64,000 bases of DNA from Malacoraja senta (lineage: Eukaryota). The notes below the pieces were generated by a model. The model was not told where the DNA came from. It made no database searches and saw only the letters and a list, made by a program, of their open reading frames with translations. Positions 12,099 to 24,400 of this stretch are shown piece by piece. The stretch spans positions 62,001-126,000 of the forward strand of contig JAXLNO010001468.1 of NCBI GenBank assembly GCA_038087875.1. Direction: 5' to 3'. Within the stretch, counting starts at the first letter, position 1; every line of letters starts with the position of its first letter. A program made the position numbers and the translations under genes.

Positions 12099-13607
12099 AG
12101 AAAGACAATACATGATTAAAATTGAGCATTTACAGTGTATAGATACATGATAAGGGAATAACATTTAGTGCAAGGTAAAGCCAGCAAAGTCCGATCAAGG
12201 ATAGTCTGAAGGTCACCAATGAGGTAGATGGTAGTTCAGCACTGCTGTGTTGTGCTTGTCTGTGTTTGTATTGTCTCTCTGTGACTGTTTGGGTTTCACT
12301 CAGGGAAGAGTGTAGCCAAAGCCAGGCTCCAGAAGCCAGGTCAGCAGCACCTATCAAAGGGCTGTTTGAGAGCACCCTCATTGATGAGGCGCGTCAGCAG
12401 AGTTCTGACCCCGACTCTGACGGTGAGGCCGATTCAAGCGAAGAACGGCAGCTGCCAGATGTTCCACCTCTGGCAGTATGATTAGCTGCCCCATCAGGGT
12501 CAGGAGAGCCACTGAGAGAAGAGTTGGCCTCCACGATCAACTACTTGGTATCCCATCAGCTGGAGCAGTTTACGATGGATGAAACTGCCAAAAAGCACGA
12601 GACCCCGAGGAACTGCGTATTGCTGAAAACACCAGCAGTAAACCAAGTGATATTGGGTCAGATGGGCGTGGGCATGAGAGCCCAAGAAATAAAGCTGCAG
12701 AGAATATTGAAGCTGCTGGGTTCTGGAATAACTGCATTTGCCAGAACAATGGATAGAGGCCAGCAGATGACGGATTTGCATCAAGAGGCACTAGGGTTGT
12801 TATGTAGCACCCACTTCGAGATCAATTGCTTGAGGAAGTGTGCCATTCGGCCCACCATCAATCCCAAATTCGCATCACTCTGCAAGCCCAGTAATGTGCA
12901 GCTACCCAACTTACTCTTCGGAGAAGACCGCGCGAGACGCGTGAAGGAGTTGGATGATGAGGCAAAAATAGCCGGGTTGATCAAAACACCGATGGTTGGC
13001 AAGGCTGTGAAGAGGAGGTATCCTTTCAGATGTCATACTGATCCTGGGCCTACACCAGGAGCAAGTCGATCATCGTCGCAGGGGCATAGTTGGCGTCCTG
13101 CAGCGGGAACGCGAACAAGCGTGGGTCTTCCCGCCAGAAGCCAGGGACCACAGGTCACTCAAGTGACTAAGGAGGTAGGTGGACCTGGTTCTCATGGGAA
13201 CATATTAAAGGCAGTACAGCCAAAAGTTGGGGGCAGATTACATCTCTTCTATAAAAGTTGGAAGCAGGTTACTTCAGACTTTGTTATTCTGAGTATTATA
13301 CAAGGGTTTCGAATTGAGTTCGATCCAAATTATGATTTGCCCATCCAGCATGTTCCTAGCAGAACACTCCAGTTTTCACAAAAAGAAGTGATGGAGGTTC
13401 AAGCTGAACTTGAAAACTTATGTAATAAAGGAGTTATTGAAAAGTCGGTTTATCAAACCCACCAATTTGTGTCTAATATTTTTCCCCGACCTAAAAAGGA
13501 TGGAGGATGTAGGATTATTTTGGACTTCACAAGTCTTAATCCTTTTGTTCAATTTAGACACTTTAAAATGGAGACTTTCGTGACTGCCAAACAACTTATT
13601 TCAAAAG

Positions 13608-13987
13608 CATGGACTTACCAACACCCCTGCAGGGGAGATTCGACCGCCGGCCCTGCAGTCTACGGTGCTTCTGGCTGCGGCGGAGACTTTAAATCTCGAC
13701 AGCCAGCCTGCGGCCTACAACAACTTAAAGCCGCGGTCTCCGGTGAGGAAGAGCCGATCCTGGACTGACTCTGGACTCTGGTCCTGTCCACGGAGGGGAA
13801 ATGGAGGAGGATTGGCCAAATTTTTGTGCCTTCCACCACAGTGTTGAATGCTGTGGTGGATGTTTGTGTTACATTTTTTTATTGTGGTTGTGTGTTCTTT
13901 ATTAGTGTATCGCTGCTGACAACCCAAAAATTCCACCAGCTTGACTGTGTGGTCATTAAAATATAATACAATACAATACAATACAAT
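13608..13987 (+). mobile_element. GC-rich SINE-like retroelement (element A) inserted in the DIRS RT
   Basis: Interrupts the RT between KQLISK and MATIDLKD; carries a 10-bp hairpin at 13832..13860 and a (CAATA)n tail. Confidence 0.75.
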
Positions 13988-14663
13988 ATGGCAACTATAG
14001 ATTTAAAAGATACATATTATTCAGTGTCTGTTCATTTGGAAGATAGAAAATATTTAAAATTTACCTGGATGAACCAGTTATGGCAGTTCAAAGCTCTGCC
14101 TAATGGGTTAACTTCAGCTCCTAGAATATTCACTAAATTGTTAAAAACCAATTCTGGGGCTGCTGAGAGGCCAGGGGCATGTGGTAATGCCCCTAATTCG
14201 TCATTAGGGGCATTATAGGACAAACAAAAGAGTTAGCTGAGTTATCTGTCTCAGTTGTTAAATCCACTTTTGAAAGTTTGGGTTTTCTAATTCATCCAAA
14301 GAAATCAAGGTTAACACCACTTACATCAATTGATTATTTGGGTTTCACAATTGATTCAGTTCACATGGTAGTAACTTTGTCTAGTTAAAAAAGGGTGGAG
14401 TTGATTGACGGTTGCATTAAGCTGTTAAATGAGCGAAAACCTTCAATTAGACATGTGGCCAGTGTGCTAGGGAAATTAGTAGCAGCTTTTCCAGCAGTAC
14501 AATATGGGCCATTACATTACCAACAGCTACAGAGAGCTAAAGAACAGGCACTGAGGATGCATGGTGCCCATTTTGATAGGGCCATGCAGTTAACAACAAA
14601 TGCTGTTTCTGATTTGCAGTGGTGGATTCTACATGTCTCAAGTAGTTTCAGTAAAATACTGAT

Positions 14664-15416
14664 TTGGCATCCAGCTGCGGAGGCAAATGGAATATGGAAG
14701 AGGCATTGTTTCTGCAGACATGGGGAATCAACTATTTAGAGCTTTTAGGAGGGTTCTATGGACTCCAAGCTTATTGGTCTAACACGGCTAACCTGCATGT
14801 TCAGCTTCAAATTGATAATACAACAGCAGTGGCATATATTAATCACATGGGTGGAATCAAGTCGGTGTCATGTGGTAAGTTGGCTAATCAAATCTGGTCT
14901 TGGTGTATTGACAGGAATATTTGGATTTCAGCTATTTATCTACCAGGTAGATTGAATATTATAGCAGACACCAGGTCAAGGAAATTCCATGATAACAAAG
15001 AATGGATGTTGAATCGAGAGGTATTCAATGACATAGTAGTCAGATTTGGAATGCCAGATATCGACTTGTTCGCATCTAGATTAAATCATCAGCTATCGAG
15101 ATATGTGTCATGGGAACCAGATCCAAGTGCAGTAACGATTGATGCTTTCTCGCTACATTGGGGTGGTATGTTTTTGTATGCATTTCCACCATTCTGCCTC
15201 ATAAGTCGGTGTTTGCTTAAAATCAGGCAAGATACCGCCTCCGGGGTATTGGTGGTACCGGATTGGCCTACACAGCCATGGTTTCCTTTGATATTAGAAT
15301 TGACGACACTGCCTTTGATGAAAGTCCCGAAAAGAAGGGATTTACTGCTGCATCCGGTAACAGGAGAACAACATCCATTATATGATCGTATGGATTTGTT
15401 AATTTGCAGGTTTTAA
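14664..15416 (+). pseudogene. DIRS RNase H + DNA adenine methyltransferase-like domain
   Basis: DIDLFAS...DAF..W...YAFPPF...VVPDWPTQPWFP, the known C-terminal domain of DIRS pol. Confidence 0.88.
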
Positions 15417-15997
15417 GAAGGCCTTTTTTCGGGCGAGGACTGTCTGGGCGTACTGTGGACATGCTTAAGGCAGCCTGGAGGAAGAGCACTCAAAAGCAGT
15501 ACATTTCTTATATAAAGAAATGGGAAAAGTTCTGTGTACAAAAGAATGTTGAATATTGTACGGCAGATATCTCAAATGTTCTAGAGTTTTTGTCAACACT
15601 TTATTACGATGAAGGGTTGAGTTATAGTGCAATTAATTCAGCCAGAAGTGCATTGTTCTCATATCTATTCATGGAGTCGGAAGGAAATCCTATTGGGTCT
15701 CATCCGCTCGTTTCCAGATTGATGAAAGGAATTTTTAATTCCAGACCTCCTAAGCCTAGGTACATGGCAATCTGGAATGTAAGTGTGGTTCTTAAGCTAC
15801 TTCGTGAATGGTCTCCTGGTATGTTTTTTACTTTGGCCAAACTCAGTATGAAAGTGGTCATGCTTATGGCATTAGTAACAGCACAGCGAGTGCAGACATT
15901 ACAAAAGTTACAAATAGACAGGATGGAAGTAGCTCAAGATAATGTTATGTTTTACATTTATGACCTACTCAAACAAAGTAGGCCAGGTGTGACATGA
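15404..15997 (+). pseudogene. DIRS tyrosine recombinase, N-terminal half
   Basis: AWRKSTQKQY, HPLVSRLMKGIFNSRP..PRY..W.V..VL, AQRVQTL; cut off by a CR1 fragment before the catalytic H-x-x-R/Y residues. Confidence 0.85.
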
Positions 15998-16019
15998 GAG
16001 TAAACAAGCACCAAGCAGC

Positions 16020-16380
16020 TACTTTATATCAATGATTTGGATATGGATGTGCAAGAACTGATTAGTAAAACAGATGATACTAAACTGGGTGGTATCATAG
16101 ATAGCGAATATGGTTTTCACAAGTGGCAGCAGGATTTTTATTAGTGAGGCAAATGGGCTAAGGAATGGTTAATTAGATTTAGCGCAGGTAAGTGTTTCAT
16201 TTTGGGAAGTCAAACCAGGGCAGGACCTTCACTGTGAATGGTGGTCCCTGGGAAGTATTGTAGAGCAAAGGAATCTATAAGTGCTGGGATATAGTTCCCT
16301 GCAAGTGTCGCCACAGGTAGATCGGGTGGTCAAGAAGGCTTTCGGTACAATGGCCTTCTTCAGTCACGGTATTGAGTACA
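16020..16380 (+). mobile_element. Degenerate CR1 ORF2 fragment
   Basis: YINDLD...ISK..DDTKLGG remnants with frameshifts. Confidence 0.7.
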
Positions 16381-18950
16381 GAAACGTAGAAACATAGAAA
16401 CATAGAAACATAGAAAATAGGTACAGGAGTAGGCCATTCGGCCCTTCGAGCCTGCACCGCCATTCAATATGATCATGGCTGATCATCCAACTCAGTATGC
16501 TGTACCTGCCTTCTCTCCATACTCCCTGATCCCTTTAGCCACAAGGGCCACATCTAACTCCCTCTTAAAATATAGCCAATGAACTGGCCTCAACTACCTT
16601 CTGTGGCAGTGAATTCCACAGATTCACCACTCTCTGTGTAAAAAATGATTTTCTCATCTCGGTCCTAAAAGACTTCCCCCTTATCCTTAAACTGTGACCC
16701 CTTGTTCTGGACTTCCCCAACATCGGGAATAATCTTCCTGCATCTAGCCTGTCCAACCCCTTAAGAATTTTGTAAGTTTCTATAAGATCCCCCCTCAATC
16801 TTCTAAATTCTAGCGAGTACAAGCCGAGTCTATCCAGTCTTTCTTCATATGAAAGACCTGCCATCCCAGGAATCAGTCTGGTGAACCTTCTCTGCACTCC
16901 CTCTATAGCAAGAATGTCTTTCCTCAGATTAGGAGACCAAAACTGTACGCAATACTCCAGGTGTGGTCTCACCAAGACCCTGTACAACTGCAGTAGAACC
17001 TCCCTGCGCTTATACTCCCAGCTGTCTGTCCTTTCATCTTTTATTTTTTATTTTAGTTAGTTAAGTGTTTTGTTTTGGAGGTCGAGACTTTTTTGTGTGG
17101 GGGGCGGGGGGTGGGGGAAGGGGGAAACTACCTTTCAGGGTCCCTACCTGGCCGGAGAGGCAGCTTTTCTCCGGGCTGCAGCTTCGACCCGTCCTCGCGG
17201 CCTACCAGCGGGCCTGGAGCGGCGTTTCTTGTTGGGGACCGCCCAGAACCTCGGCTTCGGCGGTGGCACAGCGCTGGAGCGCTATCGCGGAGCGGGCGAT
17301 GCCTTGCCCGGGTCGCCGCGCTGGAGCTCCGGTGAGCTGAGGATCGCTGGAGAAAACATCGCGGAGCTGCGGGACTGTGGAGCGACCAGCTGCGGGCGGC
17401 GGCGGTGAATTTTACACCGGGAGCTTGGGATCTCTAGATGAGATCGCCAGTTGTGGAGCTCCAACCGGCGCGGCCTTGTTGACTTCGGAAGCCGCGGAAG
17501 CGGCCGTTCCAGGGTTCCCAGGCCGCTGGGAGGACTCTCCCGACGCCGGAGCAATATCACCCGGCGAGAACGGCCTGGAACATCGGGCCTCCGTAGAGGC
17601 AACTGTGGAGGCCTCAATGGGCCCGACTATGGGTGAACTGGGGTTGGGGACTGGACTTTGTGCCTTCCCTCATGGTGGGAGCCATTGTGGGGGGATGTTC
17701 TTTGTGTTAAGACTATCTTGGTGTTATGTTTGTATTCTCTTCTTTTGTGTGCTGCATAATGGCAAGAAGCATTTCACTTCACTACACCTGGGAGTATGTG
17801 AATGTGACTAATAAAAATACTTATACTTATACTTATACTTATACTTATACTTATACTCAAATCCTTTTGCTATGAATGCTAACATACCATTCGCTTTCTT
17901 CACTGCCTGCTGCACCTCCTTTCAATGACTGGTGTACCATGACACCCAGGTCTCTTTGCATCTCCCCTTTTCCTAATCGGCCACCATTCAGATAATAGTC
18001 TACTTTCCTGTTCTTGCCACCAAAGTGGATAACCTCACATTTATCCACATTATACTGCATCTGCCATGCATTTGCCCAGTCACCCAACCTATCCAAGTCA
18101 CCTTGCAGCCTCCTAGCATCCTCCTCACAGCTAACACTGCCCCCCAGCTTCGTGTCATCTGCAAACTTGGAGATGTTGCATTCAATTCCCTCATCCAGTT
18201 CATTAATATATATTGTAAATAGCTGGGGTCCCAGCCAGTTCTCTATCCACATCAATACTGAACCCCCAATACCATGTGCTTTAAGTTTGCATACTAATCT
18301 CTTATGTGGGACCTTGTCGAAAGCCTTCTGAAAGTCCAGATATAACACATCCACTGGTTCTCCCTTATGCACTCTACTAGTTACATCCTCAAAAAATTCT
18401 ATAAGATTCGTCAGACATGATTTACCTTTCATAAATCCATGCTGACTTTGTCCAATGAATTCACCACTTTCCAAATGTGCTGCTATCTCATCTTTAATAA
18501 CTGACTAGCATTTTCCCCACTACCGATGTTAGACTAACTGGTCTGTAATTCCCCGTTTTCTCTCTCCCTCCCTTTTTAAAAAGTGGGGTTACATTAGCTA
18601 CCCTCCAATCCTCAGGAACTTCTCCAGAATCTAAAGAGTTTTGAAAAATTATCACTAATGCATCCACTATTTCTGGGGCTACTTCCTTAAGTACTCTGGG
18701 ATGCAACTTATCTGGCCCTGGGGATTTATCGGCCTTTAATCCATTCAATTTACCTAACACCACTTCCCGGCTAACCTGGATTTCACTCAGTTCCTCCATC
18801 TCATTTGACCCCTGGTCCCCTGCTATTTCCGGCAGATTATTTATGTCTTCCTTAGTGAAGACAGAACCAAAGTAGTTATTCAATTGGTCTGCCATGTCCT
18901 TGTTCCCCACGATCAATTCGCCTGTTTCTGACTGCAAGGGACCTACATTT
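16381..18950 (-). mobile_element. 5'-truncated CR1 (HER1-like) LINE, interrupted at 17020..17858
   Basis: (TTTCTATG)n tail at the left end; ORFs 16565..16987, 17857..18474 and 18494..18982 give GKSCLTNL, LDFQKAFDKVPH, KFADDTKL and VRPHLEYCVQFW. Confidence 0.93.
17020..17858 (+). mobile_element. GC-rich SINE-like retroelement (element B) with (ATACTT)n tail
   Basis: Interrupts CR1 at CTTATACTC; T-rich and G-rich head, CpG-rich body, hairpin at 17665..17695, GTGACTAATAAA, then a hexamer tail. Confidence 0.8.
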
Positions 18951-20540
18951 TGGGATAGTTGGGATAGATCTGAAGAAGGCATAGACTTATTTTTCTAAAT
19001 GGGGAGTGAATCCAGAAATTGAAGGTGCAAAGGGACTTTGGAGTGATGGAGCAGGATTCCCAAAAGGTTAATCTGCAAGTTGAATCGGTAGTAAAGAAAG
19101 GTACCATTTATTTCAAGAGGGCTTGTATACACAAACAGGGATGTAATGCTAAGGCTCTATAAGGCACTGGTAAGGTCGCATTTGGAATATTGTGAGCAAT
19201 TTTGGGCACCATATCTGAGGAAGGATGTGCTGGCTCTAGAGTGGGTCCAGAGGAGGCTTACAAGAATGATCCCAGGAATGAGAAGGTTAACCTATGATGA
19301 CCATTTGACGACACTGGGCCTGTACTCGCTGGACTTTAGATGAGGGGAGATCTCTTTGAAACATACAGAATAGTGAAATATTTGGATAGAGCGGATGTGG
19401 AGAGGATGTTTCCACTAGTGGGAGATTCTTGGACTAGAGGTCATAGCCTCAGAATTAAGGGACGTTCTTTTAGGAAGGAGATGAGGAGAAATGTATTTAG
19501 TCAGGATGTTGTCAATCTGTGGAATTCTTTGTCACAGAAGGCAGTGGAGGCCAAGTCAATGGATATTTTTAAGGCAGAGACAGATACATTTTTGATTAGT
19601 ACAGGTGTCAGAGGTTATGGGGAGAAGGCAGGAGAATCGGGTTAGGAGGGATTGATAGATCAGCCATGATAGAATGGCGGAGTAGACTTGAGGGCCGAAT
19701 GGCCTAATTCTAGTCCTATCATGTATGACCTTATGACCCGAAACATCGCCCATTCCTTCTATCCAGAGATGCTGCCTGTCCCGCTGAGTTCTCCAACATT
19801 TTGTGTTTATCTTCAGTATAAGCCAGCATCTGCAGTTCTTTCCTACACATGGAAGTTGGGATGTTATTTTACAGTGGTACAAGATGTTGGTGTGGCTGCC
19901 TTTGGAGTATCACGTTCAGTTTTGGTCACCCTGCTATAGGGAGGACATTGTTAAGCTGGAAAGAGTGAGAGAAGATTAACGAGGACAATAGACAATAGGT
20001 GCAGGAGTAGGCCATTCGGCCCTTCGAGCCAGCACCGCCATTCAATGTGATCATGGCTGATCATCCACAATTTTGGAAGTTGCCAGTACTTGAGGGCCTG
20101 AGCTATAGGTTGGGCAGGCTAAGCCCATCCTTTACTCCTTGGAGTGCAGGAGGCTGAGGGGTGATCTTATAGAGGTGCATAAAATCATGAGGGGAATAGC
20201 TAGGGTGAACTAGGTTTTTTACCCAGGCTAGGGATACCAAGTAGCAGAAGACATGGGATTAAGGTGAGAAGGAAATGATTTAATAGGAGCCTGAGGGGCA
20301 TCTTTATCACACAGAGGATGGTGGGTATGTGGAACAAGCTGCCAGAGGAGGTAGTTGAGGCAGGTACTATCTGTAATTTAAAAGACATTTGGCCAGGTAC
20401 ATGGATAGGAAAGGTTTAGAGGGACAGAGGCCAAACACGGTTGCATGGTACTCGCGTAGATGGAGCAATTTGGTTGGCAAGGGCAAGTTGGGCCAAAGAT
20501 ATATGCAATGTTCCAGGCTTGTTGTTGCACACAGCAGGAT
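18951..20540 (+). mobile_element. Cluster of CR1 3' fragments plus a Penelope 3' fragment (~19739..19850)
   Basis: ORFs 19146..19343 and 19340..19645 encode the CR1 ORF2 C-terminus (LYKALVRSHLEYC, TRGHSLRIKG); a further CR1 C-terminal fragment lies at ~19.85-20.5 kb. Confidence 0.8.
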
Positions 20541-20552
20541 TTATTAATAGTT

Positions 20553-20850
20553 ATGGGTGGCACAGTGGCACCGCGGTAGAGTTACTGCCTGACAACATCT
20601 GAGACCCAGGATCAATCCTGACTACGGGTGCTGTCGGTATGGAGTTTGTACGTTCTCCCTGTGGCTGTGTGGGTTTCCTCTGGGTGCTTCAGTTCCCTCA
20701 CACACTCCAAAGATGTGCAAGTTTTGTAGCTTAATTAGTTTCTGTAAATTGTCCTTAGTGTGTAGGATAGAACTAGTATATGGGTGATCGTTGGTTGGCG
20801 TGGTGGGCCAAAGGGCCTGTTTCCACGCTGCATCTCTAAACATAACTAAA
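20553..20850 (+). mobile_element. Full-length tRNA-derived V-SINE (HE1-like)
   Basis: tRNA-like head, V-domain (GGAGTTTGTACGTTCTCCCTGTG..GTGGGTTTCCTCTGGGTGCT) and CR1-like tail GGGCCAAAGGGCCTGTTTCCACGCTG. Confidence 0.85.
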
Positions 20851-20877
20851 ACGAAACTATATTTATATTACATCCCC

Positions 20878-21466
20878 TTCAAAATAAAAGTTTACGGCTC
20901 CAATACCAACTATAAATATGTGGATTTCAAATATGTTTGAAACATTACACCTAGAAGAGATAAGACTCCTCCTAGCAGGTAAACCAGATCACTTCCACCT
21001 GACGTGGTCTGCATTTATAGAATTATTACAAACATAGGGTGCAAAAGTACTTAAAAAAAATAAAAAATTGAGGTCAGGTAAGGGGGGATGATAGTTGAAG
21101 AGTTGGTATGTCCTATTTACGTGATGCTCAAAAAAAAACATTTGTTTCTCTTTTTTTCTCTTTCTCTTTTCTTTTCTTAGGGCCTATTTCTTAACTCTTT
21201 TTCTTTTTGTTTTTAATTTCGCTCTTATAGGGTCTTCGTCCTTTTTTGTTGTTACATTTTCTACACTTTTCTACACTTACACTTTTTCCTTCACTTTCTT
21301 CTTTCTTTCAATCTTTTCTTTTTCTAGTGTAAAAAAATAAATAAAGGGAGTACATTAATTGTAAGAATATATAAATGACGAGTATTAATGTATGTGGTTG
21401 TAATGTAATGTACTTCTAATAAATAAAAATTAAAAAAATTAAAAAATAAATAAATAAAATAAAAAA
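20878..21466 (+). mobile_element. L1 family B 3' fragment
   Basis: Matches the ORF2 end at ~440-580 (MWISNMFETLHLEEIR); T-rich 3'UTR; poly(A). Confidence 0.85.
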
Positions 21467-24400
21467 GTTTACTTTCCTTTACTTTGTTTTATTTCGAAGT
21501 CACGTGAGTGACTACGTGAAGAGCCCACCAGCCCACATGCGCGTCAATACGTCTAGCGCATGGCGCTCGTCATGAGCAGTTTCGAACTGCTCTGCCAAGG
21601 TAAGTCAATTTTCACCGGGTCGCTCTATGGCGTGCCCCAGAGTAGCCATGGAAGCTCCATAGGAGCTAGTGTAAGAAGAATTTGTTGTGCCGCAGTTCGA
21701 GCTCTCCACGGGAGCAGGCGGCTGAAATTGTAAGACCACCGTAGGCTCCATAAGGAGCTGGGTTAGCGGCTGTTGCCGTTATAGCTCTGCACGGCAGCAG
21801 GCGGACAAAATTGGAGACAGCCATAGGGCTCTACAGGAGCTGGGATTGAGGCTGTTGCGTTATCGCTCTGCACAGCAGCAGCCGGCCGAAATTGGAGACA
21901 GCCGGCTGGGATAAGTTATTGCAGTTGCCGGCGTCAGAGCTCCATGCGGGAGCAGGCAGCCAGAGTTGGAGGCAGCGTGGTGCTCCGTAAGGAGCTAGAA
22001 TTCATTAATTGCGGCTGCCGGCAGCGAGATCTATTATTGCTGCAGGAGGTTCCAGCAGCCGATGAGTTTTTAAATAATGCCGCGGCCTTAGGTAAGCTTA
22101 GCTGCCGTAGCACCGAAGAATTTTAACACAGTTACTGCTACAGCTATGCTGCAGCAGCACATAGTGTATACTTTATTTTTGGGCGGCTATAATAGAGTTG
22201 GCATTAATAACTGTTGCCACTCGGTGACGTTTGTGACTATCGTAGTCTATAGCATTATAAAGTCATGTTTAATTCTTTGGCAATATAACAATATGTTTTA
22301 TCATGCCAATAAAGTTTATGTTTAAAAAATGAAAAAAAAAGGTTAATTACAAAGGACATTTATTATCACTTACACCAATGATGTAGTGAAATTGGACTTG
22401 CCATTGCAGTCCAGAGCTCCTGGCTTAGGAAGCCTAGTTTGAGCTGTGCCTTTCAGACACCTGTGGGAGCTACACCTGGTGGCGTCATGGTAACACTAGA
22501 GGGGACTGTTGAAGATTCTTTTACAAGAGACTCCAACTATATGCATATCAAAAAAGTAGTGGAATCTCTGATTTAATAGGGATAGGCTTCTTGTAATCAT
22601 ATAAACGTAATTGCCTATGACAACACCTGGCAGGGTTGCAGTATTTCTCCCACTCTGTCAGGTGTATGGGGGCCAGAAGCGCTCCAGTCCTTCCCTGTAT
22701 AACTCCGTTGGCTCCACAAGGGAGCAAGGACTCGGAGTCACTAGCAGGTGCAATCTGTTTGGTAAATGATGATACCAACAGAGCACCGATCTGCAGCTGG
22801 TCCCGGTTCGGCTGCTGAAGGGAGCAGCCTGACAACCGCAAGTCGGGGCAAAGTCATAGCCAACTCTTGGGACATCTATGGCAGATGTTGGTGTGGGAGG
22901 AGGAACCCAAATTGGTAACGTTCCATTCGCAGTTTACAGTCCAAAACAAGTGGGCTTGAGGAAGCCGCTGATTGGTGGAAGCGGACTAGAGGAAGCAGCT
23001 GATTGGGAGTCAGATCCCTGCTAATTTCTTCCAACAGATGGTACTTTGTATTGTATTGTATTGTATTGTATTGTATTTGTATTGTATCCTAGGTACAGGA
23101 GGAGTATGAGGGCCAGGGCAGTTTACTGTTCTGGATGTCAGATGTGGGAGGTCAAGGAATCTGATAGCCTTCCAGACGTCCACATCTGCGCCAGGTGCAT
23201 TGAGATGGGGCTCCTAAGGAACCGTATTAGGAACCTGGAGCAGCAGCTCGATGACCTCCGTCTGGTCAGGGAAAGCAAGGAGATCATAGAGAGGAGTTAC
23301 AGAGAGGTGGTCACTCCAAGACCACAGGAGGCAGGAAAGTGGGTCACGGTTAGGAGGGGCAAGGAGCAGAGGCAGGGACTAGAGAGTACCCCAGTGGCTG
23401 TACACCTTGGCAATAAATACTCCTGTTTGAGTACTGTTGGGGGGGACAGCCTATCTGGGGTAGAGACAGCGGCCAGGCCTCCGGTACAGAGACCGGCCCT
23501 GTTGCTCAGAAGGGTAAGGAAAAGAAGAGGAGGGCAGTAGTAATAGGGGACTCTATAGTTAGGGGGTCAGATAGGCGATTCTGTGGACGCAGTCAGGAGA
23601 CCCGGATGGTAGTTTGCCTCCCTGGTGCCAGGGTCCGGGATGTGTCTGAACGTGTCCAAGATATCCTGAAATGGGAGGGAGAGGAGCCTGAGGTCGTGGT
23701 ACATATAGGTACCAATGACATAGGTAGAAAAAGGGAAGAGGTCCTGAAAGGAGAATTTAGGGAGTTAGGAGGAGAGTTAAGGAGAAGGACCGCAAAGGTA
23801 ACAATCTCAGGATTACTGCCTGTGCCATGCGACAGTGAGAGTAGGAATGGAGCGAGGTGGAGGATAAATGCGTGGCTGAAGGACTGGTGCAGTGGGCAGG
23901 GATTCAAGTTTCTGGATCATTGGGACCTCTTTTGGGGAAAGTGTGACCTGTACAAAAAGGACGGGTTGCACTTGAACCCGAGGGGGACCAATATCCTGGC
24001 AGGGAGATTTGCAAAGGCTACTGCGGAGACTTTAAACTAGAACAGTTGGGGGGAGGGACTCAAATAGAGGAAGCTTGTAGACAGTGTGTGAGGCAGGAGG
24101 CAGAGAAGGGAAGCACTCGGACCCAACAGGTAGGGGGGAAAGAAGAAAAAAATAACAAACAGAGAATAAGAGGTGGTGGGTTTCTTAAATGTGTGAGCAG
24201 AGAGACAGAGGGGTGTAAAATGAGGGTAGAAGCAATAGGTAACAAGGTGAAAAGTAAACGTGGCAGGCAGACAAATCCAGTGCAAAAATCAAAAAGGGCC
24301 ACTTTTCAACATAATTGTATAAGGGGTAAGAGCGTTGTAAAAACAAGCCTGAAGGCTTTGTGTCTCAATGCAAGGAGCATTTGTAATAAGGTGGATGAGT

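Larger units (their letters stand above)
12250..15997 (+). mobile_element. DIRS1-like tyrosine-recombinase retrotransposon, terminally truncated
   Basis: Gag-like ORF; RT (FVSNIFPRPKKDGG, IDLKDTYYSV, PNGLTSAPRIFTK); RNase H (QIDNTTAVAYINHMGG); methyltransferase-like domain; overlapping recombinase ORF. No ITRs seen. Confidence 0.93.

Noticed and set aside
12250-15997. First DIRS coding region as the body of the ITR-bearing element at 21487..36758
   Set aside because: It lies outside those termini, and that element has its own decayed RT at ~35.2 kb.
17065-17811. Overlapping GC-rich ORFs here and at 38395..39067
   Set aside because: Stop-poor frames inside the SINE-like elements; no shared protein between copies.
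20553-20640. tRNA gene
   Set aside because: It is the tRNA-derived head of a V-SINE, followed by the V-domain and a LINE-like tail; the same applies at 9662 and ~46250.
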